DNA of 64,000 nucleotides from a virus (taxonomy: Duplodnaviria; Caudoviricetes), in the IMG/VR virus record IMGVR_UViG_3300037400_002350, positions 36,969 through 100,968 of that record; one strand, written 5' to 3'. Position 1 is the stretch's first letter; each line of letters starts with the position of its first letter. Position numbers and translations under genes: made by a program. The notes below the pieces were generated by a model. That model was given only the letters and a program-made list of their open reading frames with translations, did not search any database and was not told the origin of the DNA. Positions 1 to 14,691 of the stretch are shown here, piece after piece.

Positions 1-3000
1 TTTGTGATTTTGCAACCATGTCAGCAACATACATTATCGTAGCATCAGAATCAAGCTGTGCGTCATCTTCTTTGACGGATACTGCATTATAAATCTACCA
101 AGGTGCTGGATCTTCAGAATCGCTGTCAATCTTTATTGTTCTTTTATCTGGTTGTTTGTCAAGTTCGTTTCTAGCATCTATAACCTTTTTGAGTCTTCTT
201 ACCTTTTTTATATCCAAACCGTTGTTTTTAACAATCATAGTATCCTTATCTAAGGACAGTAATCGTATACTATCTAGATACTCTAGTTCTTTTTGCAACT
301 GATAAGAAAGCAATCGATTCATCAGCTCACGTTTTCTTTCTAAAGATTGACTAAAAAACAGTTCGTTTGCTTTATTCAGATTTTCTTGTTCAACAGCCCC
401 GATTATGTTAATAGTGTCGTCATTACCTTTTATATTTACAAAACTAACAAAGTTACCGTCATCATCGATTATGCCGGTGAAAGTAGAAAGCATTGCGCCC
501 TGTATAAGCCCCTCTTTTTTAAACTATTTGTCTACACTTTCAATGTAAGCACTATCAAAATTGTTAATCAACTCTGAGTCGTGTTTTCCGTTTTTAAAAT
601 AATCCTTATAATGCTATAACTGATAAACAGCGGAATCGTATTCACATTGTGCGTATTGTATAAACTAGTCAATAACAGAATCGTCAAACTTATAATTCAG
701 CTTCAACAATTTTTCTTCAGGTGTAGCAGTGATACGATGCGTTCCAAGTTTTAGTTGATCTATTAATTTTAAAATCGCTTTCTGGTTTCTATCGTGAGTG
801 TCAACACTATCGTCTACCGCCCAATCTATGCCGAATGCACCAAATTCACTTGGCATGTGAACAGCACCCCATGTGGTTTTATCTGAATTTGGTTCCATTA
901 TGATGTCGTTATGTGCTAAAAGTCCAAATTTTGTAACAACGTCATCTTGTTCTGAGAACTCTAGATATTCCACACCTCTACTACCGCGTTCGTCTGTTTT
1001 GAGTCCTGGTACAGGGTTGAACTTTATCTGATCAAAACGACTTTTTAATTCAATCCAAGCCTTATATACTTCATTTGCACGCTCAGCCTCTGTCTGATTT
1101 GTACGCCTTGTATCAATAGCCCTTTTATACTTATCGATAGAAGACTTAAGATACGATAATGCCCTAGAACCAGAAAAAGACTTTCCTGTTTTTGTCCTAT
1201 AATAAGGGTCTGCTAACAAATTATCGAGGGTGTCAGAATTAAGATCTTTCAAATCGTCCAAGATATCTGTTATTGGGTTATGCTCGCTCATAGCATATAC
1301 TCGTTTTCCCTATATAGTCAAATACGATAACTGAATTTCTGCAGACGATCTTCTGAATTTGGCCGTAGCTAATGTATCTAGCATTGAGTTATAGTTAGTC
1401 TTATCTCCTTTTTGGTATGACCATATATTACGATAACTGGAATATTGGAAAGTGCTTCTACCGTCTCCAACTGAATTTATGATACTGCCAACTTTTTTTC
1501 GGATCGTTGTTAGACCGATACCTTGCCGTCCAGAAAAGAACGACTTCACTGCTGATGTGTCAACACTTCCATAAACGTCTTGCAGATAAAAGTCAATATC
1601 TTCAACTTCAATGGTTATTCCAAGTGCGTTTAATGCCCCAATAAGAGCTTTTTTAAGTGCTTGTAATTGAACATGGTCGTTTACATCAATATCGTCAAAT
1701 TTCCACTACTTTTTTTCATATACTGGGTTTCCATTTTCGTATAATATATCCAATTTACCGCCATTGTCCTTATTCTTATATGTTTTCAATAGCTTTTCTG
1801 TAAGAACGAAGGTTTCCCATCCTTTCTTTACGTCAGAACTAGGAGAAAACAATTTTAAGATTGCAGAAAGTACAGTATGAACATCTTTTAGTTTTTTTAG
1901 CTAGCTGTCAGTAACATACAAATCTCCGTTTTGTTTACGACCAATAACGTCTAATTTACCAGAGTTGAACGCAGATGACCATTGTTTCTTTATATCGCGG
2001 ACTTGATACTCCATACTGGCTTCCATAATTCTGACTGCACCAAAATATTCAGAATCCTTGCGTGTCTGGTAACTTTGTGCAACATACGGTACGTTTTTTG
2101 CCAAACATACACTTTGTGCAATGTCTACAGCCAGTCCTGCAGCATTGTTATCTTTTATGGCACCAAGTCGCTGGTCATCTCTTAAGTAGTTTTCACCGAA
2201 GGCCTTTTTCAACATCTTCTCGTAGTTTTCCCAAACTTTAACGAACCTCTAATCGACCTAACTTAACAATTTTAGCCTATCTCGTAGTTGTACAATAGTT
2301 CTACAATCGTGCACTTTATTAAGTACCATCGCCCATGCTTCTTTGAAGTCCATATACTACGGAAGTCCAGCTTCATTTGTTTTTTGAACACTTGCTATAC
2401 GAACCTGACCTTCTGGGGTAATATACGATTCTGGGCGCATATCAGGTATTCTAGCAAAGAAAAACTTGACACGTGCAGATGCCCTAACTATTGGTTCAAA
2501 CTCATTAGATTGTGCGTCGTATGTACGGTATTCTATCGGAGATGCTGCAATGCGTACTTCTTCACCAAGCTCATCAGCTACAACTGGCTCTTGTTCTTGT
2601 ACTTTTTGAATTTGGCTATGTTTTCCTTTTTTGGTAAATTTTGTTTCTAACTTTTTCTGTTGTGCACTAAACTCTCCAAGCTTGCGGAGAATGTCGTCCA
2701 ATACACGCTCAAGATTGTCGTTTACTTTTACAACCTTCTTGTCCTTTACACCTAATCCAAGTGCTTCTGACAACTTCTGTCGTGCTTCTTTTGTGTATCT
2801 ACCATCTCTAAGAATACCATTGCTACCAATAAACAATTTAGAACGCCTTATCATATCTGCAGTAAGGTGTATATTTTTTAAATCTTTACCGGTTGGGTCA
2901 AGAACTTGATCATACTGAGGATAAAACTATGGGTCTAATAGCTGTGAAACAATTGTCTACAATACAGCTTGATATTCGTTGTTATTTTTGATGTATTCAA

Positions 3001-6000
3001 AGTTAATTCCGTTTGCACTAAATGTAGAATACAAAACGCCGTCGGTATTTTTTGTGAGTTCACGCCACCTTTGTCTTGCTTCTTCTGTTATTTTTGCATT
3101 AGCATATTTTCCAGCAGCTGCATTTTTATACAACTTATACAAACCGTAACTTCCGATTTTGGTGAAAAAGTCATACCAATGTTTTAAATTCTGCAAAACA
3201 TCCTTGCTAAACACTCCACGCCAACTAATAGTCGGTCTGTTTTCTACAAACCACCAGAATTCGTTTGCTGCTTTTTCAGTGATTTCTTTGTCTGTCAGAG
3301 ACTGTCCGAATTTTCTACGATACCTTTTGTATGCGTTTTTACGAGTCTTTTCGTCTACTAAGAACTCCAAAATCCTATGAAAACATTCGTGCCATTCTGT
3401 ACCATTTTTGGCTAATCTAGAATATCTAAACATGTCTTCTCCGCATTCAGCAACAGCAACTCCGTTTGCCAAAAACTTTAAAACTTCGTCTTGAAATTTC
3501 ACAGTAACGTCTCCACATAATTGCAGCGTTCTTTGTCTAACCTGTTCTTCGTCTATCGTACCATCAGCATCTTGCAGGCTGACAATACTATTCAATACCG
3601 GTTGTGTGCTTTCTGGAATAGGATCCTCTCCAGGGCGTTCGTTATTTTGTTCTTTGTCAAACTATTCAAACGCGCTATCAAACTCATCAACATCTTTATC
3701 TACAACAGTCTGTTCAATCTCTTCTGGTGTTTGTTCTTCGTCCAAAAAGTCATCAGATTCTACAAAAGATATAAGAGGCGCATGCAGCCCCTAAAAACTA
3801 GTAAGTAAGAATTTGTTTTTAATCAGCCACGCAACTCCACTAATATCCTCATCGGTCTCGTCTATCTTGATTCCGGTATCTCCAAATGTCAATGGGCCAC
3901 GATCTTCAACAGAGTCTAATTTCATAAACTCTTCGTCGATGTTCACCTTTACTCCATTGTTGACCAAATGATCTATAAAATAATCCATTCCGGTTTTACC
4001 ATCGGCATCTTTATAGTTAAAATCAAATGGCACCTCGTTGATTAATTTACCACTATCGACAGCACCTTTTATTTTTCCTCGTAAGAATACAGTAGACCCC
4101 TTTGTATACACGTGCAACAAAGTTTTCCCTTTTTTGCTTACGTTTTCGCCATATGGTATAAAATACTCTATGATCTCTTTTACACTTATGTCAGTGTCTT
4201 TATATTTTGCATCTTCTCCGTCCTGGATTATCTATTTTAACAAAGACGCTACAAACGTAGCTGTTTTTTTATTAAATGTAGCAGATTCCAAGTTTATAGG
4301 GATTATATTTTCTTGAGAACGTTCAAAGTCTTTTGTTTCATCGCGTACGACTTTGTGTAACAGTACAACACCACCAGCCATTGGCGCAGATTTTTTGTTG
4401 TTGCCTGTATACTAATACAGCGTTTTACGTCCTCCATCTGCACCTTGTGGTGTCTATACAACAACTCTTGCTATTCCGTTTTTTGATGCAACGACTCTTG
4501 TAATACCTATATCGTATCCAAACGAGTTGTATTTCAAATCATGGATATCTAATAACCCAGTAAGGTTTGTTATTTTTTCTTGAGTAAGTGGTTCTGGGTT
4601 TTCAGATACTATAAAGTCACCAAACGAACGTTTTATTCTCTTATTGTTTATTTTAACACGTTCTCCATCCTTTATTTTGTCGTTCAACATTTGCCGCAAT
4701 TTGTTTGCAGCTTCTGTGAACTTTTCACCTTTCTTTTTACTTCCAGATTGTCCAAACCACACGTTTATAGGAGTAAATACAAGAGTTTCTCCGTTTACAT
4801 CATATTCAACAACTACTTCAAATTGTGGTCCTTCCTTTTTAGAAGACTCCTTGCGTTGAATAAAAAATCTGGCGTCAGACAAGAATGCGTAATCACTTGT
4901 AAATTCGTTTAACTTATGAACGATTCCAGATTTAGAAGTTGCTGTAGAATTTCTGATGGTATCTTTTCTATCTTTCCAAGGTCCATCTTCACTACCGTAC
5001 GAAAGACCTGTAACTCTGTAAGCGTTAACGTCTTGTTCGTCTGCGATATCAGCGTCGATCTAAAGCTATACTGAATTTACAGCATTCATTATAGTATCGT
5101 GGAAATATTTGTTTTGATTTTCATCAGGAATAAAATCATACAATTGATTTGCATAATACAGTATAGCTTGGTTGTCTTTATACTATTCTTGTTTTAGCGC
5201 CCATTCTGCAACAATCATCGAGTTTACAGTCTGCTTTATGAGATCTGTTAAACCACTATCTAATTCTTGATCATTTGTCAATGTTGGCCAAACCATCATA
5301 AGATCCCCGCTTACTGTTTTTTTATAATAAGGGAATGCGGCAGCTATTAACTCATCTATCTAACTCTTTAAAAACTCAACTGGATTAAATACGGCAAGAC
5401 CATGTGCACGTTGCAATGTCTGTATTGCATTATCTAACTTTTGTTCAAACTCTTTTTTGTAGTTTATTTCCTCTTCAGCACGCTCTAAACAAATATTAAA
5501 CTCTGCCTCTACTCTTGCGTAATTTATCCCACGTTTATTTCTATTAAATTGGTTTGCAAGATCTATAAATTCTTTTATTTTTTGTTTAGCAGATTCTGAA
5601 AGATCGCCGTTGTCTAAATACACTTTCAACCGCTCTCTCCATACACGAACCTACTGCTTGACTCTTTCTGTCGCTGAGTTCGCGACAAGACTTCGAACCT
5701 TTGTCAAAAAGGAGTCTTGCACCCATGCACGAAGCGGATTTTTATCATCATCTATTTTTTCTACATCCACATCTTCTAAAATTGGCTATCCGTCGTGCAT
5801 AAACAAAGTCTTTTTGGCCTATTCTTCGTTTATGAAAATGTGAGTATTTGCTTCATCTTTAGAATACTGGATTTCCGAAAACTGTAAATATGCACCAGAC
5901 GGAGTGATTCCGTTTTGAACTAATAGTGCTTTATAGTAAGCCTGTTGTTCTGCATACTACTGTACCTACAACCCAAGATCTGAATCATACCGTTTTATAT

Positions 6001-9000
6001 ACAAATCATTTGTAATTTCTGTACCCGTTCCTATTAACTTCGGCTCTTCATAATCGAAATAGTGATATGGTGCACCATCTCTTGTGTCGCCATTGTATGT
6101 TTTAAAATCTATTATTTGAACATGCCCGTCTTTATCTAAAGCCAGACAGTCAGGCTCTCCTGCTATAAGTTCTGTTTTGTCGTTAATAGAAAAATAGCCA
6201 TACAAAATATGAGGAGTTGTACATAATCTCCAACCTATACTTTTATAATAAGCTTTAACGTCTTTTAATCCTGGATGATGTATTACAGAACCATCTACTT
6301 CTTCATCCCAACCCTCGATTATTATGTTAAACGCGTCCTTACTTATAAAATTGCTTATATGAGCATCTTTTCCGAAATAATAAACAGTTAGGTTTTCGTC
6401 GTCATAAGAAATGTTGTCTGTAGAATCATCTAAATAAGCCCTCTTTATAGTGTCATATAGTTGTCCAGCAATAACCGATGGACCAGCACTATCAGAAAGT
6501 ATGTGTGCAAGAGCTGTTATAACTTCATCTAAATCCTCTGGGAACTTTTCTAGGTATTCTTTGTACTTGTCTAATTTCAGACTATCGATTTTGCCATCTA
6601 TAAATCGTTGTCTTGCTATTTTGTTGTCATAATGGTCGTTTGCCAATTCGTATACAACGTCTTTTGCTGTTTTAAATAAGTTATCAAATACATATCTAGT
6701 CCCTTCTACAACAACTGCATCCTATAACCTGCTATAATTTTTCTAAAACGCTTCATCTTCAGAGTCTTTCTATTTTATCGGCTTTAATACGTCGTGTACT
6801 CGTTTTGCTAAACGCCACCTCGTTTTACCACCTTCGTTTATTTCTATTATGTGATGGTATCCAGTAGTTGCAATACGAATATTTTTATATTCTTCAACAA
6901 ACTCCTTCAACTGGTCAAATGACATGCTGTCGCCATATTGTATCAGTTTGGTTCGTGATTTTCGTGCTTTAGGTTTTTTATCCTATTTTACAGCTGGCTC
7001 TTCTTTGACTTCATTTTCTACAGGTTGTGGATTCGGATTCTATTCTACTGGTTGCGGATTCTGCACCTACGGTTCGACTTTTATCGGCTGCTCTGATACC
7101 TCTTGTTTTTCGTTTTGCGCTGCTCCTTCGTTTTGTACTGCTTTGTCAGCTTCATCTGGTTCGTCCGCGTCATCTTCCAAAACGTCCATCTGATTTTCCT
7201 CTTGTTCAACAACACCCTCTTGAAGACGTTTCTAATATTCAGCTTCTTCTGCATCCCACTCTTTGTACATCTCTACTAATTTGGCAGCATCCTGCTCAAA
7301 CATATTAGTGATGTTCTGTGCATTACCTTGTTGTATTTTATCAAGAAGTTTATTTAAACTTTCTATATTTTCCGCACTGTATATCTCAGTTCCACTACCA
7401 TCTTCGTTTTGAATACTGTAAACAATACTGCCACCAGGTCTTACATCTAATATCGTAATGTTTTTGTCGCCAAGAGGTCTCTGCTCGCCAGTTACAGGTT
7501 GCTGAAATTCTGCTAAATATTTGTTTCTGAAGTCTCTTTCTTTGCGCAGTTCACTATTATAAGCATCTGTTACAAACGACTATGTTGGTATTGTGTCACC
7601 AATTTTCCAACCTTTTAGGTCTTTGTGTGTAACCAGTTGATACATTCCCGCACCATCAGAAACTAATATTTTAGCGTCTTTGTCTTTTTTGGATAATATC
7701 GTTTCATCATATTCGATATCAGATTGGTTTACTTGAGTTTTGATGTCACCGTCTATCCAAAAGATGTTACGGTCTTCCAATCCTTCAGCACCTTGCACCT
7801 ATTTTGTTAAAACTCGAATGTCTTTTGTGTTGACATTTTCCAGGCCCTTTACTCTTTCTGCGACTTTTTTTGCACGATCTTCCGACAGCATATTTAGTGC
7901 GTCGTCTATTGCTTCTAGCCCACTAGTCGCATTATGATAAGCAGTAAACCCGTTTAACAACTATTCTATTTGTGCTTGTTTGTCTTGATTTGAATCGACT
8001 TTTACTAGAATTTCTTCATTTTGTATAGCCTTCAAAACGTTTAATATGTTACTACCGTATTTTTGGCTATAAATTGCAGCAACTCCTAATTTTCGATCTT
8101 CTTCGCTGCCTAATAGCTGGTTCACGTCTTCTGCTATCATTCTTTGCACTGTCCCAATCGTCTGTAACTGTTTATAAGAAGGAGTAGCATAACCAGCCTT
8201 TCTTGCTGCATTTTGTATATAATGCGCTTTTTCGCCAACTGCTTTTTTAACTATTGTTTCACCGTATACAGCGCCTCGTAATTCAACAAGGCGTTTAAAG
8301 TATTCCATCAAAGCGTCTTCCTTAGAGACGTTCTTCCACGCTTCTCTGTTTTTTACGGTATCGTACACATTTTCAAAAAAGGTCTTTATTCTTTCTGGTG
8401 ACGTTCTGTCTTTTCCGAACCCGTATTGTCCTTGTAGGGCCATAAGAGTGTCGACCATATATTCAGGATCTGCAAAGAGTAACGCTTTTTGTATTTCTGT
8501 TGCATTTTTTTCTCCGTACGCATGTCTCAAATTGGCCACAGCATTATCGTAGCGCAATTGATTACGAGCTGCAATTCCAACGCCTATTGAACTGAGAAGT
8601 GCGGTAGACGCAGCTATACCACCCCAAATGTCAAGAGACTGGCTTTTTACGTCATTCCACAAATCTCCCCACTGCTCTCCTTTTTGCAAATTGAACAAAT
8701 GTTGTAACAATATAGCATAATATTCTTCGGAAACTTCTCCGAAGAATCCGTGAAACTGTCCAGCCTTTAAAACGTGACTATTGAACACTCTATCGATTCT
8801 GGGTATATATTCTGAAAGTTTAGAGGCTGCAAGAAGGGTATTATTTTCCAAGATTCCGTTCTGTAAATAGTTTTTGGCAGCATTTATATTGTTATTTACA
8901 AGGTTTCTTTTATACCCAAATTCAACGTTTCTTAAAAACTTTCCAAGACCTGGTAAACGTTTTGACAAGGCATGTATTCCTCTTCCGATCCCCCATTCTC

Positions 9001-11089
9001 CCATCATTTCTGAGAAGTTTTCAATGAAATTTAATCCTTCAGTTTTCCAAAACGCACCCGCTGAACTCATTCTATCATTAAACTTCTCGGGTTGGATGTT
9101 TCCAAACACATCTTGGCTATACTATAAATTTCCTGCACGGTATTCGTTGATATCTTGTGCTGTATTTCTAAGACCGGCTGTATTGGTCAACAATGCAGCA
9201 TATAGTGCATCACCAGTCAAAGTAGTCAAAAAATCACGAGTCTTTGCAAGGAACGGACTTTTGCCAAACTTTGCCAAGTTCTTCATTGCTGCATTTTCTA
9301 AGACCTTAGAAGTGCTTTTTGCTAGCCCTTTTGCTGCAGTCTTCGTACCCTTTAAAATTGCGGTATGAGCCCCTCTTGTTGCTACAAAATCTGCCATAAA
9401 CCGTATAGACTCTGCTGTTATCTGCCCCCAACGGTATGCGGTACTATCTCTCAATATTTTACCCCATTGTGAATCTGCAATATTTTCCAAGGCTAGCGCT
9501 TGTAGTAATGTGTTTTCACCATCCGTAATTGGTTTTCCAGATTCCAATTTATCTGCGACATTTAGCACCCTTCTCGAATCTATAATATCAGGAAGCCCTG
9601 TCCACAAATTAAGGGTCCTAGAAAGCAATTCTTCAATACTATTATTATTAAATGCTGTCGCCAATCCTTCCCAAACAGCTCTACCAAATGTCAGAATACC
9701 GCCACTACTATTCTCATTATCGCGCAATACAGCATCTGACAAGGCTTTGTATCGCAACGCTTTGTCTATATAGCGAATAGCGGAATCATATTTACCAACA
9801 GCCTCTTCGTGTTGTGTACGAGAAGCTTCTCCATAATTTGTGTATTTTAGATATTGAGAAAAAGATTTATCGGGTTTGTAGTTAGTTTTTTCCAGATCTT
9901 TCAGTATTTCAAGTTCTGCTTTTTTCTACATAAGGTACTCTTTACTCAACTCTACAGGAGTCATTGCCAAACCTTGTGCAATATTAGACAATTGATCAAA
10001 TTGCGACTTTTTAACAACCATGTTGGCGTTGAATTGATCTACGAATTCTTCATCGTCCAATAACAATTTCCCATTTTTAGTAAATGCGGCGATTGCGGCC
10101 GGTTGTAAATCTTTTGGCAAATCTGTAATCTTTTTTGGGAGCATCTACTTCGTTTCCAAGTAGTCCTACAGTTCCATAAAGCGTTTACCTAATTCCAGCT
10201 ATTTGTTATTCTATATAGAATAATCCAAAAGTTTGTTATGATAATCCTATGTACCCAACCTTTTCGTTGCAATCGCAACATTAAAAGCCGTGTTCGTTTT
10301 GAACTTTTGATCCAAATACGCATCGGATTGCTTTATCGTATTGGCAAGTTGTCCACTAAAAATGTTATTGGTGTTAGTAAGATCTCGCAATGTCTATAAA
10401 TAGCGGTCGCGCTTTTTTAAAACTTGCTAAAGGTTATCATTAGCTTTTTCAACAGCAGTTTCATATGCCGGTAAATTTGCAGCTGACATCGATGCCATTG
10501 GCCCAGTTCCGTATGATTTAGTTCTTTGAAAATCATACTCGGCAATTGCGGCATCTCTTTGCTATTCTGCTTTACGTATTTCGTCAGAAAACAATAATTC
10601 TGCTTGAACTCTTGCACGATTATCAAAAAACTCATTCTGTTCTTCTTCAGAATAAAACGTAGTAGGCCAAACTTTTACTGGTTGACTGCCGGCTTCTGGA
10701 ATTTCGAGAGGTTGCCACTATTTTTCTGTATTGGGTGCCTGTTTTGCCAAGTTCCACTTGTCTTCAATATCAGATTTTGGTAACTGTGGATTCTCTTTTT
10801 TTGGTTTTTGTGATTGTGGTTTATATTCATAAGAACTAGTGGTTTGGCCACTTTCCTAAGCAGCTGCTCTCTATCTACCTGTTTCCTTTTTTTCTTCTGC
10901 GTCTTTTTCGGCATCTCCCTTTGCTTTAGCGGCAGCTTGCTGTTGTTTTTCATATTCTGCAACCGCTTCTTCATACTCCCGCTATTTCTATTTTACGTAA
11001 GCTGTACGATAAGCTTCTTCTCTATCTGTAGCAACTTCGCTATAAAGATTATACGGGTTTTTTCTAAGTGGTCTTATAGGCTTTCTCAT
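1..11089 (-). CDS. Giant virion cargo protein, probable virion RNA polymerase polyprotein (N-terminal >3,690 aa; continues past window start); PD-(D/E)xK nuclease-like and zincin HExxH domains
   Basis: All ORF-track fragments from 95 to 10144 are in one frame and end in TAG; ATG at 11089 (MRKPIRPL...). Motifs: IAGEPDCLALDKDGHVQIIDFKT...QYAEQQAYY (~5920-6180) and WHECFHRILE (HECFH at 3377-3391). Its place after the muzzle and cargo genes matches the crAss-like RNAP locus. The RNAP DxDxD motif was not seen in the window. Confidence 0.75.
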
Positions 11090-11091
11090 AA

Positions 11092-12789
11092 TTATTCTAT
11101 AACGTTTGTTACTGTCACACCTTTACTGTTGCCCATTATCTTACCAGAAACGGTTTTATCTTGGGCGTTCATGTATGTGGACCATTTAGCAGATGGTACT
11201 TTTTGTCCACTGGTGGGCTCTATTTTATATTCTCCGCATTTTAATATAAACTTTACAGTGGTATTTTTTGTGTCATCCGAACTTAGCCAACCGTGTTTTA
11301 CAATTTTTGTTACTGGGATTTCATATTCTGTATAAACACCCTATACGCCGCCACCTTCCCAAATAGCAGCTGATCTATTTGTCGATTTCGGATCGCCAGA
11401 AAGTTTGTATGTTACGCCGTTGTACTAAATGCCCTTCTCGCTGTCCGTATTTGTTATAATCCTTCTCAATACTTCGTTTGGAAGATCTTCGCGAACAACT
11501 AAGTTTTGATGCCCAGACGACATATCTACAGAATTTTTTGAATATATTTTGGACTTCAATTTACTCCAATCCACAACATCGTCCTCTCCTTTTGTATCGC
11601 TGAGTACTGCATTTGGTAATGCACTAACGTCTTCTGCTGCTAAAATATCGAATACGTGTTTGGTTCCAGTTAGATTGCGGTTTGCATTCCGTATAGCGAT
11701 ATTTTGAGCATCCTTCTCTGTTACTAGAAGATTGGTGCCATCTGCTTTAGTGACATAATATACAGCGTTGCCAGACTCTTGGTCTATACCACGATTAATG
11801 CCAGATAACTTTTCAATTATTCCGCCACTTGCTTGATCTATTGCCACATAATGGCTGTATTGTGCATTTATTTTCTTACCGTTTCCGTTACCATCTGAAC
11901 CCTGTTCTAAAGTGTGATAATAATGCTGTAACGCCTGTCTTTTTCTATCCTTTAGTATCTCATTAGCTGTAGAATGGTCGTCCTTAGCGTATGGATCAGC
12001 TTCTCTTTCGACGTGTTGTATCCTACGATTCTTAGCCATTATTTCGTTCTAAAAAGCATTAAATGCCTATTCTGGAGTAGTACCTGGCGGTAATGTATTA
12101 GCAAACTGTTGAAAATGGAATTGACCCAGTGGACTACCCATATAATCAGCCATATTTTGATCCAGTATAGGTCTCATAGCATCGTCATTTATACCGATAA
12201 GGTTATATCTACCATCAGGCGTCGAACCAAGATAACTATCTTTCATGCCTTCAAACCAAGGAGCTGTATACTCTGTCATGTCTTCATATGGCGTAGCACT
12301 TCTCGTTTTCCAAGGATTAATATTCCCGTTACTATCTACAAGCTGATATCCGCCTGGATACATCTAGTTAAGAATGAAATCTTGGAAAGCTGGGTTATAT
12401 TTGCCCTACTCTTGAAGTTTTCCAACACTGTCCAGGTACTTATTATAGTCTTCACTAGCAGCTTGTACTTGTTTTAGTTTGCCAAGTGGTACACTGTTCA
12501 TCATATTGCGAATGGCAGCTCTACCTTCTGGTGACTTAAACAGATCTATTCCTTGTGATGAAGCCTGTGCGATAAGATCCTGTGCTGGTTTTATTGTATT
12601 GTTGTACCAATACTCATTGGCTCCTGGTAGACTACTATAGAAATCCTGATACTGCTTCATGAAATCCTTGTACTCATCCAAGCCTTCTTTATATTGTTCT
12701 CTGACCCCTTCAATATACATCTTCATGAGGTCAGTGCTATAGATGTCCATTGTAGGCATCTATACTGGTTCTTCATATCCTAGTATCAT
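11092..12789 (-). CDS. Internal virion (cargo/ejection) protein, 565 aa under TAG=Gln
   Basis: Fragments 11425, 12067 and 12406 are in frame; ATG 12789 (MILGYEEPV), TAA 11092; lies between cargo protein 1 and the giant protein. Confidence 0.7.
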
Positions 12790-12801
12790 ATTTAAATTTA
12801 A

Positions 12802-14691
12802 TTACTTTCCTAAATTCATCCAGTAGTAAACATTAGCGAGATCGTTATCTGCTTTTGGGTTGAATACTAAAGTCTACGGAATAGCGCGTATCGGTGTAGT
12901 ATAATTGTTCTTTATAGGCTGAATAACTTGCTGTTTCTTATCATCTTTTATCCCAGCCAATATCTTTGCGATTTCTGCTCTAGTTTGCTGGTCATATAGA
13001 CCAATAGTTCTATCAGTCCAGTAGTTATTTAACCAGTTTCCAAAAGCCGTATTGATGCCTTTAAGTTTAGTTTGCCATCCTGTTTCTATACCTTTAAGCT
13101 GTCTTGCAACAGCGTTTGCAATACCCTTATTGTACTCTGTCTGACCAGCCATTCTACGCTGTGCATCAGCTTCTCCAGTTTCTAATGCTGTCTTAGCTGC
13201 ATTAGCTGTGTATTGATTATTTATCTATTGGGCTTGTGAATTAATATCTGCAAGATGATAGGCAAGATCTGAAGTATACTGATTACGTAGGGCCTGTCGC
13301 ATTCCTGGAGATATGCTAGCGTTATTTAGATTGTATATCTATTGTTTATTTAATCTGTACAAATTTCTATACAGATTGTACGGAGAATAATGAAGTGCAT
13401 CTAATTTAGCCTATGCTGCGACAGCGTTGTTATTTATAGTAGCTGGGTTGTTTGCAGCAGGTGGTTGAGTTTTATAATAATTCTCCTGTTTCTACCCAGT
13501 AGCCCATTCCATGATACCTGGTATCATACTGAGTAGTCCCATATATCTGCCTCGATCAAATCTTCCTATTTTCATATTCGCGTTTTTTCCTTTTAAATCT
13601 ATGTCTTGTTCCCACAACAACTATGTAAGTAAGTTGTTTTTATCAGGTTTTGGCAATGTAGGATCGTGTACTATTTTACTAGCATCTGTCATGTACATCC
13701 TTCCTGTACGTTTATTTTTTATTCTACCAAAAACTCCATCATTTTCTCCAACAGATGTCAATATGTTATCTGCGTGCATTGGCGTTGCTGGCGTTACTGG
13801 AAAATATTCAAAATTGGTGACATTACCTTCACCGTCAGTATTGACTTTTGTTTCCCCTCCGCTAAGATATGCAGGACTGAGTCCTTCGTCAGCATGAGTA
13901 GCGTAGAAGTCCCCCATAAGGCCCTTAGAGCTTGCTACAGCCTCATTCTGGGTGTTAGCTGCATTACTGGCAATACGCCAATTTTGAAGTCGTCTACGCT
14001 GTTCTTTTACCTCATCGTTGTTCCACCCAAGCAACGAACCAAGACCTCCTACGAGAGCTCCTATACCAGCACCTATAAGGTTTCCTGCTCCAGGGAAGAA
14101 TGAGCCGATTGTAGCTCCAACTCCCGCTCCTGTGCCTATGGCATTAGTAGTAAGATTCATATTCTCACCGAACTCTCGTGCTCTAGCAGCTTTCATTATG
14201 TTGTTACTATCTACATTACCAACATTTTCATATGCCACTCCATTTCGGTATTCGGTGTTCCTAGATGCAAGCATGTCGAGATCATTGCCACCAAGACCGT
14301 CAAAAGAACCTTTTGTGTTTATCGCGTCATACAACTGCATTGCGCTAGGTATTGTAGCAACTGCATTAAGCCCAGCTGCAGTACCTTTTGCTGCAAGACT
14401 TTCAGCATTTCCAAATGCACCATCTTTGAGCTGTTTGCCAATATCTACTATTCCTTTAGCTTGTGTTGCAAGTTGTGCACCAGAATTAACTATTTGTGCA
14501 GTGTTGGCCTATCTCTATCCAGATACCATCTATGATAGGTTTTGCCCAGGCTAGCTAACAAAAGGTGAAGGTATACTATTGCTAGCGCTTTGATAACCTC
14601 TATTTATAGGTGTAGTACCCAGATCATGTCTTGGTAAGTTGTTTATTAATTTATTACGTCTAACCATAGACGCTTTATCAAATCCTTTCAT
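12802..14691 (-). CDS. Internal virion cargo protein with Gly-rich putative membrane-inserting segment, 629 aa
   Basis: Fragments 12874 and 13621 are in frame; ATG 14691 overlaps the muzzle TAA (TAATG); glycine-zipper-like GAGVGATIGSFFPGAGNLIGAGIGALVGGLG. Confidence 0.7.
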
